Shown here: piece by piece, positions 39,190 through 54,952 of the stretch | Position numbering within the stretch: position 1 is the first letter of the stretch | Layout of the letters: the number at the start of each line of letters is the position of its first letter | Assembly: GCA_964016885.1 (NCBI GenBank) | Contig: OZ024761.1 | Location: 13,764,001-13,828,000, forward strand | DNA: 64,000 bases | Source: Eledone cirrhosa | Lineage: Eukaryota | Reading direction: 5' to 3' | Position numbers and translations under genes: made by a program | The notes under the pieces: generated by a model | Told to the model about the DNA's origin: nothing | The model's database searches: none | Seen by the model: only the letters and a program-made list of their open reading frames with translations

Positions 39190-40025
39190 GATGGATATAT
39201 AGTAAGATATAGAGAGAGGGAGAAGGGAATTTACGGGAGACGGTGGATATATAGTAAGATATAGAGAGAGAGGGAGAAGGGAATTTACGGGAGACGGTGG
39301 ATATATAGTAAGATATAGAGAGAGAGGGAGAAGGGAATTTACGGGAGACGGTGGATATATAGTAAGATATAGAGAGAGGAGGAAGGGAATTTACGGGAGA
39401 CGGTGGATATATAGTAAGATATAGAGAGAGGGAGAAGGGAATTTACGGGAGACGGTGGATATATAGTAAGATATAGAGAGGGGAAAGGCAATGTACGGGA
39501 GACGGTAGATATATAGTAAGATATAGAGAGAGGGGGAAGGCAATGTACGGAAGACGGTGGATATATAGTAAGATATAGAGAGAGGAGGAAGGGAATTTAC
39601 GGGAGACGGTGGATATATAGTAAGATATAGAGAGAGGGAGAAGGGAATTTACGGGAGACGGTGGATATATAGAAAGATATAGAGAGAAGGGGAAGGCAAT
39701 GTACGGGAGACGGTGGATATATAGTAAGATAGAGAGAGAGGGGAAAGGCAATGTACGGGAGACGGTAGATATATAGAGAGAGGGGGAAGGCAATGTACGG
39801 GAGACGGTGGATATATAGTGAGATATAGAGAGAGGGGGAAGGCAATGTACGGGAGACGGTAGATATATAGAGAGAGGGGGAAGGCAATGTACGGGAGACG
39901 GTGGATATATAGTGAGATATAGAGAGAGGGGGAAGGCAATGTACGGAAGACGGTGGATATATAGTAAGATATAGAGAGAGGGGAAAGGCAATGTACGGGA
40001 GAGGAATATATAGTAAGATAGAGAG
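39190..40025. repeat. About 45-54-bp purine-rich minisatellite upstream of Ran
   Basis: gggagacggtggatatatagtaagatatagagagagggagaagggaatttac. Confidence 0.93.
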
Positions 40026-42155
40026 AGGAGGAGGTGGAAGATGGGAAGAAAGAGAATGAAGAGAAAAAAAAGCGTGAGGTGTCAGAGAGGACAATGTAAG
40101 ATATAATAGGAGGGTGGAGGGAGAAGAGGAAGTTAAGGGAAACAGTGAAACAAAGGCGCGGGAAAAAAGAGAAACAAAGAAAGAACAAGAGAAGGAAGGG
40201 GAGGGAGGAAAATATTTAAACGGCCGAGAGAGAAAGAGAGAATGTGACTGGGTGAAATTAAAATGTCGGACAGCAGACGATATATAAATATATATATAAA
40301 TATATAAATATATATACATAATGACACGGCGAAATAGAATTGAAATTAACGCAAATTTATTTAACACTTTGAAAAAAAAAATAATGAAGAATATAAACAT
40401 TTATTTATTACATAAAACCTGATATATTTTAAAGGAAATAAATACATATATTTAAACAAAGTAAACACTTTACACCACATGGTTCAGTCCATCAACCCGT
40501 GAATAAACTTAACGAATCAGCATGACACAACCAGTGTCAGATGTACCATTGTTCTTAGGCAGAGGACCCAGTCTTGCTTTTCAATGTTTGGGGCCTCGTT
40601 TGTCCTAAATCCAGCACTTGTATTATAAAATGGCGAGTATTCGACAGGACATATGTACCCTTACGCCTATCCCATGTAGATTTTTGGGTGACCCACGTTG
40701 TCCACCTACCTAGTTCTATCTCAATATTAATTTCATTTGAATCGTTCCATCATAACTCAAACTAAATTACTTATCCAAACAGTCATTATTTACAAAACGT
40801 GACAACCAGTCTTTATTTGAAAATGGTAAGGGGCGATGGAAATTTGACTGCTATTTCTAGCGGTAAAGCTGACGGTGGATCCTCCGCCAGTTTCAATGAA
40901 GAGCACACAGGTCGTCGTCGAGTATTATTCCTCACACGTGTGTACCCCCTGGACAAGTGACTAGTCCATTGAAGCCTACCCCCATCACAATTACACAAGT
41001 TAGGTATACATACACATACATGTGTATGTATATATATATATATAGTTATACATACATATTTATATAATAACAGGTTGACCCGCGGCTATGGTAGACACAA
41101 GGTCCCATGCTTTCAGTTTAATTTCGCTGTCATGTTTTTACTTCTCAAATTAATCTGGTTTCACTTTATATATGCGTAACTGCGCCTTATATCACAAAAT
41201 CATGTGTGTATATACAAACACACACATACATATATATATGTATATATATATTATATAGGAAGTGGCCTTGCTCCATACGTGGTTGGGACACAAGGTGAAC
41301 AGAAAAAGCAGATTTTATTAAGTGTCAGATGTTGGTTGTAAAAACACTAGTGACAAAACTTTATTTTTCAAAACACAGGAAGGAAACTAAGCTCTATAAT
41401 TTACTAGATTACTTTGTAAAATGCTAATGCTACTACACGCAACCAAGTTACGTGTTTAAAAGTACATTTAGTTGAACCAGTTTCAGTTTTTAGTAGGTAG
41501 TATAGTTTCAATGTGTTTATAAAACCGCCAAGTAAACAAGTCATGTGTGTGGTATACTCATATCTTTGTTGTTTATGTTACACAACATAGCGGTTCGACA
41601 AAACGGCATCGATAAAGCATATACTGGGGTAGATAGGACCGACTAAAACCTCCTGGATGGCCGCAGTCTCCTAAACTAAGATCAGAATACACCCACCCAC
41701 ACATAAATACACTAGTTTTGTAACTCAAACCGCTTCATTCCAGTTGTCCCCCCCCCCTCCAAAAAATGCCAAAAATAATGGAACAGGTTGTTTCTCTAGA
41801 ATGGCCAGTGTTGTGTGGCATCAACAAACCAAGCTCTACACCACACTAACCATTACCATCCTAATTTATATGAAACACGATGGAATCCCACCACCTAAAA
41901 CATCTAGCTACAATATTCCATTCAAATCAAAGCCGGTCTGTGGTTTCCAAATGATTTCAATCAATTACGAAGCATTAGTAATGACAATATAAATTTATCA
42001 TTTATGCTGCTGTTTCGATCATGAAGGTCGAGATTAATTATAATGGACATTACTTTTTCTAAAATAAAGAAATCAAATCATTGTAAACACTTTAGGCTCT
42101 TTTGTTACCACATTTCTAATGAAAGATATTGAAAACCCGGAAATTGAGGGATTTA

Positions 42156-42198
<43 letters not shown>

Positions 42199-44087
42199 GG
42201 GTGTCCCCCCTGCCCAGCTTATATACACACTTGAATAGCATTCGAATAAATATTGCCTGTACATGTAATCAAGTGTGTATACATTTTTGGGGAACACCTT
42301 GTATAAATATATATACATATATTCACAGGGTGTCCCCTCCAAAAAAATGTATACCCCATACACGGAGTTTACAATCAGGAAACGAACTTTTCCCAACAAA
42401 GGAAACTGACAGCGGTTCGATCCTGTTTATAAACTTTTCTTTCGCTAATTATGCTAAAAGAATCAGCAGACTAAAGACATTTTTTTCAGATATGGCGCAA
42501 TATATATTAATATATATTGGTTTTATGAATCGTATCACAAGCTTTAAAAAACCCCCCATAAACCTACTTCACATTGCCATTCTCTCTAAACCGAAAATTA
42601 CTTTTTCCCTCCATTTCCAGTTTTACTCATGAAAATAAAATGAGTATCCATCTTACACAAAGATGAGAAAAAAAAAAAAAAAAAAATAAGTGCACACATA
42701 TATATATATATATATATACAGACATACATCGTCAGAGCTTTCCTGTTGATTCCTTTCGAATGAAACAGTCCTAGTCCTGTAGAAGCCATTTCTATACTAA
42801 GTTTTGATGTTTACACCTTACTAATGTATTAAGTTACCTTACTGTGGTTACCCCCGATTGAACACGGTACACACACACACACACGTGTGTGAAATGAAGT
42901 CGATCGATTAAAAATAATCGACCGGGAGTTCGATTCATCGAAGGCGTCCCTCCCCACCCGTTTCCAGGGGGATACTTCAAATGATATTTAACAACTATTA
43001 TAGTTTCTGTTGGGAAGACTAGTTAAATTTCTCCCAAGCCAACAGGCTTATATTATATTATATAATATATATATAGATATATATAATATATATACATACA
43101 TTACTGTAATTAAAACTGACTTTACAATAACGACATATTTTCAAACAACTCACTAATGGAGACATTTTAAACGCCGTGATGATATACACGTCGCACAATT
43201 ACATATACACAGGCGAGTGTGTATAATTATATATACATACATACATTAATGTATATATATATATATATATACATTAATGTATATATATATATATATTAAT
43301 GTATATATATATATATACACACACACACATACACTATATATATATAATAGAGGATTAGCGACATAAATTGGGTGAATAAGTTAGGATTTGTCTATCAGAA
43401 ACTAACCATATACACATGTATACAACATACCAATAATCCATGGATATACATACATAAATACATATACACACATATTTATTTATATATATAGACAGTCAAT
43501 CGAAGTTCCCAGACTTTCGTCAATTCGGACCGAAGAAATAATGTTTCCATCTTTTTTTCTCAATTGCTAATTCTATCTACTGGTCGCAAATATCGACAGG
43601 AGGAGCAACGTGAAATAAAGTATCTTGCTCAAGGACATAACGCATCGCCCGATCCGGGTATATATATGTGCGTGTGTATGTAATCATACACACACATGTG
43701 TATATATATATATACACACATATATATACAACCTGTATATAACATTATACACACAAATTACCAGAGAAATCGAGCAAGACCAGGAGTGTACCGGGTTTAA
43801 AGATGACTCGTACATTCTATATTAATCTAGTAAGTTCTGTGAGAGTTTACACACACGGAAATACTCATATACATAGATACATATATATATATATACACCC
43901 ACATATAGCCACTTTTACATATATTTACATACATATATAAAGTAAAAGCCCGATTTATGTAAATTACTAATCGCATAATATATTTCGATTAAATTATGCA
44001 AAATATATTTATATATATATAGATAGATATATATCATACATAAATAATAGAATCAATATATGTGTGAATGAAAATAACAGAATCAAT

Positions 44088-44123
<36 letters not shown>

Positions 44124-44929
44124 AAATCAAACACTATTAGAAGTTTCTAGAAGAAAGATATAGAAGGCACGAGTCATTTTTTTTTTCGAGCCGGCATAAT
44201 ACAATACGGTTTCTGTTTAAGAGAGTAGTTGTTAAGATAGAGATACACGTAATTAATATTTAAATTTCATCACAAAATTAGTAGACGGGGAAAAAAGAAA
44301 ATGTATTAGGAAAATCAATTAGGAAAAAGCGTTTAAATACCTGCTTTTTGTTAACAATATACCTAAATAGAACAAAGAGGATGGAGCCTGATAAAAAGTG
44401 GAAGAAAATGTCCAAATACGTTAATAATGATGGCGTCAGGAAAGGTTTTTTTTTTATAGTTTTCGCGCGTAAAAGCCGTACAGGATTCTGGGAAATAAAA
44501 CATTTTTTTTGTCCGTCTAAATTAAATTTATTCCAATAAAAAATATAAATAATTTTAATTTTAAGTATTATTACAGTTATATTAATAACAATTAACATTA
44601 TTTTTTAATTGAGTAATTATATATATCTTCGGAATTAACGGGGAATTTTTTTTTTCATTTATAAGCAAATTCGTGTGTGCCTGTGTGTACTTTATTTTTT
44701 TCCCCCTCTCTTTAACACTTAAAAATATATAACGTTTATGCCATTAAAATAAAATATTTTGTTTATTTTAGATTTTGAAAATTGTGGTTTTCAAGAATAC
44801 AATTCGTCCGCCGGATATATTTCGCATTTTTTGCTTGTAGGAATATATTGGATCTCCGTCAATTCAAACGACGAGTGTTTCTAGTTGTTGCACCAGCAGG
44901 ATAGCCAGCTCGTGAAATAATTCCACAGA

Positions 44930-45550
44930 AACAGGTGGAGTAGTTCAAGTACCTCTGGACCGTGTTCACGAATGATGGAAGGCAAGAGGGCTGAATTAAG
45001 TGCAAGAATTGCCGGAGCTGGTGCAGTAATGCACCAGCCTCAGTATTCAGTAATCAGAAGGGCGGTAGGTGTAAAAACCAAACTAACTGTCTTCAATTCG
45101 GTATTCGTGCCAGCCCATTACCTATGGTCATCTATCTTGGGTAATGACCGAAAGAATACGATCGTGAATACAAGCGGCCGAAATGGGGTTCCTCGGAAAG
45201 GTTTTTGGAGTAACATTACTCGATAGAGTGCATAGCTTGGAGATCAGAGAGTCACTCCAGGTACAGCCACTACTTCTCCGAATTGAGAAATCACAGCTCC
45301 GTTATTACAGGCATGAGGTTAGAGGAAAGGATCGGTGGACACATTTTATGGGCAAAACCAACCGATAGGAGACCCAGGGGTACACCCCAAGCAAGAAAGT
45401 TAGATAACATCCATGAGCTTGGTTGGCCGAGCTTGGTGAACCAGCCGGATCAGTTGGAGACGGTTCTTTCTGACAGGACCCACTGGAAGGAGTGTTTGAG
45501 GACTGCCTTCCATGACCCCCTCCGGAATAAGTGGGCGAAGAAGAAGAAGG
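44930..45550 (+). mobile_element. RTE LINE 3' fragment with (GAA)n tail
   Basis: KTKLTVFNSVFVP...AAEMGFL...IRESLQVQPLLLRIEKSQLRYY...WKECL; a partial second copy lies near 45765-45900. Confidence 0.8.
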
Positions 45551-47434
45551 TTAACCCTACAATGTATGTCTGGGTATGTAGCGGCCTAGGGTTAGCTCTA
45601 CACTACGTTCCTGGGTATGAAGCACCCTAGGCTAGGCCAAAAATGTATGCTGGGGGTATTTAACGCCCTCGGTTATCTTTGGAATGTGTGTCTGGGTAAT
45701 TAGGCCTCTGGGCTGGCTCTGCAATATGCACCTGGATATTTAGCGACCTAAGCCAGTTCTACAATGGCAAGGAGGCTGAACTAAGTGTAAGAATTGCAGG
45801 AGCTGGTGCAGTAATGCGCCAGCTTCACTATTCAGTAATCAGAAGGAGGGTAGGTGTAAAAGCTAAACTCGCGATCTTCAATTCGGTGTTCGGGCCAACC
45901 CTTATCTATTCTTGCTCTGACCACACGAAGAAAATCGCTCAGCCTGTATCTTCCACTACACAGTCCACGCTCACCATAATGACATAACCCCATACGACTA
46001 CCTCTACCACAGTATCTCGCACGTTTCCACAACGCCACTCGTGATTTATTTATTGATCGCAGAACATTCTTACATATTTTATCGACCCCAGTGCATTACT
46101 GGTACTTTATTTTATCAACTCCGTAAGCTTTGCCTTTCATCCTTATGGGGTCGATAAAATAAAGTACCAGTAATGCACTGGCGTCGATTTAATCGACTTT
46201 CCCTTTCGCCCCAAATTGTTGGCCTTGTGCCTAAATCAGAAACCATGATTATACAGTTAATTTTACAAATTTGTATAAAAGGTGATCCTTTAAGGTTCAG
46301 TAATGCACATCTCCGGTGTTTCTACCCTAGTTCGCTTTAATGGTAACGCCGGCAACTGTTGGACCTACGTCACTTTCGGCGATGACTGCTGTGGTTGTTT
46401 GATCGACGGAACAGCCTGCTCGTGAAACTAAACAATCCGTATGTACGTCTACACCTTAGTGCAATTCTCAGGGAGATTCAGCGTGACGGATGGACGGTAC
46501 GTGTAATTCATAGAGCCAGTCTTGTCACACTGTACCTCCCCTGAGAACTACGTCATCACAGTATGTTCAGTTGATAAAAAAACTGGAATACGCATCCTCG
46601 AAACCGACCGAGGTCCATTTTTTTGTTACACATTTGTGGAATACTCAGCTATTTACACATTAAATCACAAATTAAAAATTCAATTGATCGAAATCACCGA
46701 AGAACCCATCATCATTATCACGAGTAATCCTTCAACCTAACCATCACCTCACATTTCCACCATCTTAATCTCTAGAGACTTCTGGGAAATTTTGTTGTTG
46801 TTATTTCAACAAAATAAAAATTGTAATTAACTTCAATTTTATGCATTATTATTCATTCATTATTGATATTGCATTAATAATATGATGATAAAATTAACAT
46901 TAGATTTTAATTTCCGGAACAACCGAGAAAAAACGATGTTAACTAGCGTGTACGAAGATACACGAAGTGTAATATATATATATATATATATATATATAAG
47001 GCGAAAATAACATTATAATTTCCCAGGTTAGATCTTTTTTTTTCTATTAAATATGGAATAAATACAAACATAAAAATTAAAATGGTTGCTTTAAACGAAC
47101 CATTAATAAAAAATAAAGTAAAACAAAATTGAGTTAACGTTATTCACATCCCAATTCCCCTGAAATCACAGTTGCAGACAACATTATATCTTCTTCAAAG
47201 TCTTCCACGAGACAGGCATTAACGCCACAGAACCTTGTTTGTATGAAATAAAATGATAATAAACTGATCTCCAGTCGTGAATGAATAAAAAGCAATATGT
47301 TTACGTGCCAATATTGCATTTATTTTCTATTCAGATTATTTTTTATTCACAATTGTATGAATAATATTACAAAAAAAAAAACTAAAGGGAAAAAAGGAAA
47401 AAACCCTCTAATACTTTTTGAGGGAAGCCAATAC

Positions 47435-47600
47435 ACTTGCAGTATTTCCTACCGTGATGGCGAGGCTGATGCATTAGAATAGCCAAGCGCCCTCACCACC
47501 AGTTACCTCGGTTAGGCAAGCCGCAAGTGATGACAGCAACGGAAGATCACAAGCTGTCGAAGTATCTATTCAGACACTCTCTGATCAGTCTGTCGACGGG
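47435..47600 (-). mobile_element. CRE-type RLE fragment
   Basis: Homologous to 51150-51310 (GAWL...SLAIT.GNTAS). Confidence 0.6.
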
Positions 47601-48187
47601 CCTATAGCGGTGGAACATTCTGGTGGTCTGTCTTCCCACACCACATCACTCGATCTATCAACAAGATCCCAGACCTCATTCCGCTTACCATGTGGGATTG
47701 CAGCTCGTCAAATTGGACCAAGGAAGCAGTGTTTCCATTGGTCTTTCCATTGCTGCTACTCCTAGCAGAAGGAACAACGTGAAATAAAGTGTCTTGCTGA
47801 AGGACGTAATGCTTAGCCCAGTCCAGGAATCGAACTCACAACCTCACGATTGTAAATCTAATTCTCTAACCACTAAGCCACGTACCCTCAGACTCCCTAT
47901 TCACCCGCCTACCCAGTGTTATTCTTGCATTTGTTGGTGGCGATTGTCAAACTGAAGTCAGGTTGTGTTGTAATGTGTGACTCTATATATAAGGGATTTG
48001 GATGTGTCTGGTGGTGGTGGAGGGTTGTTAATGAGTGTGACAATGAAGGAATTTTGATGAAGATTTAAAGGAATTAAATCATATATCTATACTCCTCTTT
48101 TTCCATTTCTTTGAGGGTTTTAAAACTCACTGTCAGGCTAAACATTTTTAAACCAAAAAATTTCAGCGAAAGCTTCTATTTCTAAAA

Positions 48188-48294
<107 letters not shown>

Positions 48295-49167
48295 AAATTT
48301 AATATAATAAAGAGAGATAGACACAGATATATACATATATGTGTTCAAACCATAAGGGACCTAAATATATATATATATATATATATATAAATTCCGACCT
48401 TACACACTTACACCACTCTAAGACAATGTCACTGGACCGAGATCTTTGGCGCAACGCAGTAATACAGAAGACCCGCCTTGCCTCAGTACAAAGTGAAACC
48501 TACAATCAGTAGGCACCTCTTAATCAAATATACACCCCCATCCCACTACCCCTACGTCACCCCCATCTACACCACCCCTTTCTCTGTAAAGTTATGTTGG
48601 TACCACAACATCCAGTCCTAAATAGATGAGGTCGTGTAGGTGTGTCACGACAAAAAAAACCAAAAAAACCACACAGTCCACGCTGTAATGTGGCCGTGTA
48701 GGTAACACGGTAAAAACCTCCCAGTCTACACTGTAAACGTGGTTGGTGTTAGGAAGGGCATCCAACCGTAGAAAACCTGCCACACAGTCCTATACGAGCG
48801 AGACGACCAATCTTGCCTCAAGTGGGATAATTCCCATCTAAACCCATGCTAGCGTGGAAGATGGACGTTAAACGATGATGATGATGATGATGATATATAT
48901 ATATATAAATATACCATTTAAGTTATTTTGATTACCTAGGAGTAGAACTGTGGTTCTGTTAGGCGAATCATGATGTAACAAATCAATAAAAGCACTCAAC
49001 GTTATGCAGGTCATCTATCGTAGATGTGGTATCCAGTAGTTGGTGCAGGAATAAAGTATTTATTAAACAAGAATCTGGATGATGGAGCTGGACCTTTGAA
49101 ATATGTATAGTGACTTCATGGAATTAAAATTTTAAAGCATATTTTCCAGTCCAGCCCTTTCTAGTTG

Positions 49168-49273
<106 letters not shown>

Positions 49274-49550
49274 TAAAATAACAGATTAAAGTTTAAGCAA
49301 AAAATCCTGCTTTCACCCTTAACGCGATCTTCTGAAACTCTAAGGGTGAAAGCAGCGATTCTTTGCTTAAACTTTAATCTGTTATTTTACTAAATGTTCG
49401 GTAAACCCATACGTACATATATATATATATATGCATGTATGAATGTATATACATACTACTGTACGTCTGTATACATATATGTATGTACGTATACATACTT
49501 ATATTTAAGTATCAGCCGTACTAAGAGTGAGAAATGAAATTTCATTTTTT

Positions 49551-49656
<106 letters not shown>

Positions 49657-50282
49657 TTAAGTAAATTAACTAATGATTTAATTAATGATTTAATTACTAA
49701 ATATTTTAGTTACTGGAAAAAAAAAATGAAAAACGGGTTTGTAGAAATTACCTCCCTTTGACTGTTAAATTCGCTTGTGCAGTCTTTGTTGGACATGTTT
49801 GCTGTTTACCCCCGGACTGCTGCAGCCTACTTAACCCGGAAAAAAAATAAATTGTATCTGTAATTCAAGGGATACAGCATTGACGAATGGTTAAGAAGTT
49901 TGTCTCGCTATCATTAAGGTCCCTAGGTTGATTGGGTGGGCGAGATGTATCTGAAAGCCACTTAAATGGAGTGTTAAATGGAGTGTACCTCTAATTCAAA
50001 AGGCCAGCCTTGTCACACAGTGTACCACACTGAATCTCCCTGAGAACTATTTTACAAATGCACCTGGCCTTCCTCACTGAAGATTTTAGGAAGATGTTTC
50101 TGTAGATTTTTAAATCCCAGATTTCCTCAATTCCTGTTTATTTTAAATTGTAATTTAGAAAATCTTTCCCCAGGCACTGTATAAACATGAACAAGTATTA
50201 CAAATCTTATTTATACAACTTTTATTGAAGCATAACCGTCAACATAATAGTACAAATAGAAAGAGAAAAAACAATACATAGA

Positions 50283-51040
50283 CAGGTAATACACACATCT
50301 AGGACCACATTTAACACACCACTAGATAATACACACATCTAGGACCACATTTAACACACCACCAGGTAATACATATATCTAGGACCACATACAACACACC
50401 AGCAGGTAATACTCGCATCTGGGACCACATACAACACACAAGCAGGTAATACACGCACCCGGGACCACATACAACACACAAGCAGGTAATACACACATCT
50501 AGGGCCACATACAACACACCAGCAGGTAATACACACATCTAGGACCACATGCAACACACCAGCAGGTAATACACACATCTAGGGACCACATACAACACAC
50601 CAGCAGATAATACACACATCTAGGACCACATACAACACACCAGCAGATAATACACACATCTAGGACCACATGCAACACACCAGCAGATAATACACGCATC
50701 TAGGGCCACATACAACACACCAGCAGATAATACACACATCTAGGACCATATGCAACACACCAGCAGATAATACACACATCTAGGACCACATACAACACAC
50801 CAGCAGATAATACACACATCTAGGACCACATGCAACACACCAGCAGATAATACACACATCTAGGACCACATACAACACACCAGCAGGTAATACACACATC
50901 TAGGACCACATGCAACACACCAACAAATAATACACACATCTAGGGACCACATACAACACACCAGCAGGTAATACACACATCTAGGACCACATACAACACA
51001 CCAGCAGGTAATACACACATCTAGGGACCACATACAACAA
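50283..51040. repeat. About 40-bp tandem repeat abutting the CRE fragment
   Basis: gcaggtaatacacacatctaggaccacatacaacacacca. Confidence 0.95.
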
Positions 51041-51605
51041 AAGGCAGGCAAAAGGACTGGGCAACAGAGCTGCTACCAGAGCAAAAGATAACAATATTGT
51101 GAGGAGCACTGGAAAACCTCTAGAATAATTTTTGAGACAAGCCAACATGCTTGCAGTGTTACCTCGGGTGATGGCGAGGCTGATGCACTGGAACAGCCAA
51201 GCGCCCTCATGAGCATCACCAGTTACCTTGGTTAGGTGAGCTGCCAGTGAAGACAAGAACCTCGCAGTCAGTAGCCCGACTCCTCCAAACGTCTCGAACG
51301 CCACAGGTTGGAAAATGTGGTTAGCCAACAGATCACGGTATTTCAGGATTTTGTTCCATTTGGCTGCAGAAGCTGTAGCTCTTGCCCTAAACGCAGCATC
51401 CAGGATGTGGGAAGAAGCAAACGCGTCACTAATTGTGACACCTGGCTCTTAACCAGGGGCACAGGATAAGACCGTCAGGTCTTTTCCCATCAATTCTGGA
51501 CAATCCAGATGGTTACAAAATTGAGGGGATGTTTGCCAAGTCGTAGGCTCTCTTGATGATAAGGTTTAACTCAGTGTGATGCACAAAGCGACCGGGATTC
51601 AGGTG
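51040..51605 (-). mobile_element. CRE-type non-LTR retrotransposon 3' fragment
   Basis: RPDGL...VTI.DAFASSH, then FQPVAFETFGGVG...WLFQCISLAITRGNTAS. Confidence 0.75.
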
Positions 51606-51733
51606 TCAATAATTATATAATGCCAAAGGATATTAAGTCAGAAGTTGCAGTTTTTTTATGAACTATTAAATCGTGATCATCCTTAAATGAAATACCAATA
51701 TAACCAACTATAGTGTATTTCATTTAATATATA

Positions 51734-52126
51734 CGAGGGTAATCCCAAAAGTAAGGCCTCCAAAACGATGGGGACGCAGAGAAACTGTTCGTACGGTTGT
51801 TGGCAACACTGTTGTGATTGGTGCTTCCTTCACTCCCAAACAAACATGCGCGCGCTTCGCTGGGATGCTGAATCTTGGCTTGGCAGCCGTTGAGAATGGA
51901 GCTCCCGTTGAACGCTACCGCCAAGTGTGAATTTCGCGCAGTTATTATATAGAGGGCAATCCCAAAAGTAAGGTCTCCTTCCGAGGAAAACATGCGTAAA
52001 GATCGGCGGATCACTCTGGATGTTCTCTGCATTTTGGTTCCTGAGGTTTCCCGAAGCACCATCCACAAGATTTTAACGGAAAAGTTGCAATGTCGGAAGG
52101 AGACCTTACTTTTGGGATTGCCCTCG
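51734..52126 (+). mobile_element. Internally deleted mariner element with TA target duplication and an extra internal TIR
   Basis: TIR cgagggtaatcccaaaagtaagg / ccttacttttgggattgccctcg, TA on both sides. Transposase remnants MELPLNATAKCEFRAVI and RKDRRITLD...VSRSTIHKILTEKL. Confidence 0.85.
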
Positions 52127-52231
52127 TATATTATATATATGTATATATATACAATAAACACTATAGTTGGATATATTAGTGTTTCATTTTGTATATATAT
52201 ACGCTATAGTTGTGTATATTGATATTTCATT

Positions 52232-52306
<75 letters not shown>

Positions 52307-52332
52307 ATAGTTGGGTATATTAGTACTTTATA

Positions 52333-52368
<36 letters not shown>

Positions 52369-52439
52369 GGGATAACTACGCGATCTCTAGACCTACCACT
52401 TCAGAGAAACAATTGTCAGCAATGTGAATAAAGCCCTTA

Positions 52440-54952
52440 TTGTATAGCAAACCATGTCACTCTTCTTTCTTGATTTATATATACACACTACATACTATGT
52501 CAAACTACAACCAGGCAATGCAACCCCACATCACTAACACAAGAGAAGTAACACCACAAGAGCATGAGGATAGGGAGAAAACCCTCAATGCCCATATGAT
52601 GATGTGGACAAACATAATACAGCCCAATAAAAGGACTGCCAACAACTTCCAGGCCTGGAACAATGACGTGCCAGCGTTGTATGGGCTTCGAAAAGACCAT
52701 AACACGAGCAGTGACCCTGTCACGGGACCACCAACACGGCCAGTCTGTGGAGCTAACATTGCTAGTAACTACAGACTTTCCTACTTCCTCTCCCTGATCA
52801 TACGCCCCATCATTGAAAAGTCTCCAGATATATGTGACAGCACGGAGGACCTCCTCAGCGGAATCAGCGAAAGTAACCGATCTAGGGACCTAACAAACTG
52901 CATAATAGGTAGTATGGATGTTGTGTCCCTATATTCATCCATTGACGTGGATTTTGCTGTGGAGAAATGCGTAGAAATGATCAGTGAGAGCAATGTTGAA
53001 TTCCGTGGCATTGAGACCAGCGAGCTGGGACTCCTACTTAAACTTACCTATAGTAATGATTATCTAGATACATATGACCTTAGCAACCTGTGCCCTACAA
53101 GACCAGCAAGAGGCAGACCAGCTACCATTACCTTAATGGCCAAGAAAACCCACACAGATAGATGGAACGGGTGGACCAGAGCCATACGGACCCCCCGAAA
53201 ACCACGATGAACTAAAGAAAATGATTGCACATGCAGTGGGGGCCAGTATAAAATTAACCCTTAAGGAACATATGTTCAAATTTAATGGAAAAACATATGC
53301 CCAAGAGGAGGGAACAGCCAATGGTGTTAGCATTGCAGGTGACATAGCTAACCTATTCATGGTATGGTGGGACAATAGACTTAGAACAATTAGAAGACAG
53401 CAACCTCTTAACCCTGATAATGTACTCCCGCTACGTTGATGATATAAACATTGTAGTAAAAACACCCCACTAGAGAACAGTCAGGAATTAGAGAAAAACA
53501 CCATGGAAAGCATCCAGCAAATAGCTAACTCCATCCACCAGAGTATTAGAGTTACTATAGACTACCCAAGCAAACACCCCAACCATCGATTACCTGTACT
53601 AGACACAGAGCTCTGGTTAGAAACTATTAATAACAAAAAACAAATCCTCCATTCCCATTATGCCAAACCCATGACTTCCAAATATCTGATCCACCGAAAC
53701 TCAGCTGTTTCGGATCACACCAAAATCAACATACTGATTGCGGATTTGGTACGGGTGATGAGAAACGTGTCCCGCATGTGCAACCCCAAAGAACTAGAGA
53801 GACACATACATCACTTCATCCACCGTATGCAGTTCTCTGGTTACAATCAGAGAGATAAAATCAGAGTATATAGAGGAGCCAGAACCAAATGGGAAAAAAA
53901 TGGTAAATAATGATACAAATGGGACCTGCCTCTTGTATAGGAACAAATTTTGGAATAGAATAGAAAGAACTAGGAATAAGGTTAATAGAATAAACTCATG
54001 GTATGATAGCAATAAATACCAGAGTGTAATGTTCATCAATACAACCCCTAGAGGTGAATTAGCTTACAAATTTAGAAGGGCCCTAGATAAACATAAACTC
54101 AATATTAAGATAGTAGAAAGACCAGGTACCTCCATAAAAACACTTATTAGCAATACATACCCTTTTCAAAGACCTCCCTGTATAGATAAGAAATGTATAA
54201 TCTGTAAACTAAGCCCCCATATTAACTGTAAAACTAGAAATGTAGTATATAGCATAAGATGTACTGAAGGACAATGTAGAGATAAGAATATGGTGTACAT
54301 AGGTGAGACAGCTCGTAGTATAGGAGAATGGATAAATGAACACTGGCGAGACCTTCAAGATAGTAAAGAATCATCTGTACTCCACCAACATGCTAAAATA
54401 GTACATAAGGGTAAATTAGAGAACATAGAAATAAAAATAGAATCTACACACAGAAAAGACGCAATGTTTAGACAAATCACAGAGGCAATAAACACAAATG
54501 AACTCCAACCAAAATTAAATAGAAAGCATGAATGGAATAGCAACATCACAACTTACAATTAAGGACAAAATGAAAACACACACACACATAGAACAAACAA
54601 CCAACCAGTAACATGTAAATAAACAAATAAATAAACAAATATAAACACACACAGACACCCGGATATAACATATGCGCAAACTAAGCACACAACATACACA
54701 AAAACAAGATGACGTAGGACAGAACAAAAGAGAGGCACAAAAACAAAGAAAAGAATCCCCAGTTACTGAAGAGGTCACAGAATGTGTGACAAAAGAACTT
54801 TGACAATATATGAACAATCGTCTGGTTGTGGAACCAACCAACCAACCGGAAATTTATATATTCTTAAATCTATAAATTTAATTTATAATAAATTGAGGTG
54901 AAAGCAACTGGTGCGTGTGTTTCTTATTGGCAACATGACCCTCCCAAAGCAT

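Noticed and set aside
39443-40400. Overlapping 179-267 aa ORFs
   Set aside because: Translations of a minisatellite and pyrimidine-rich sequence.
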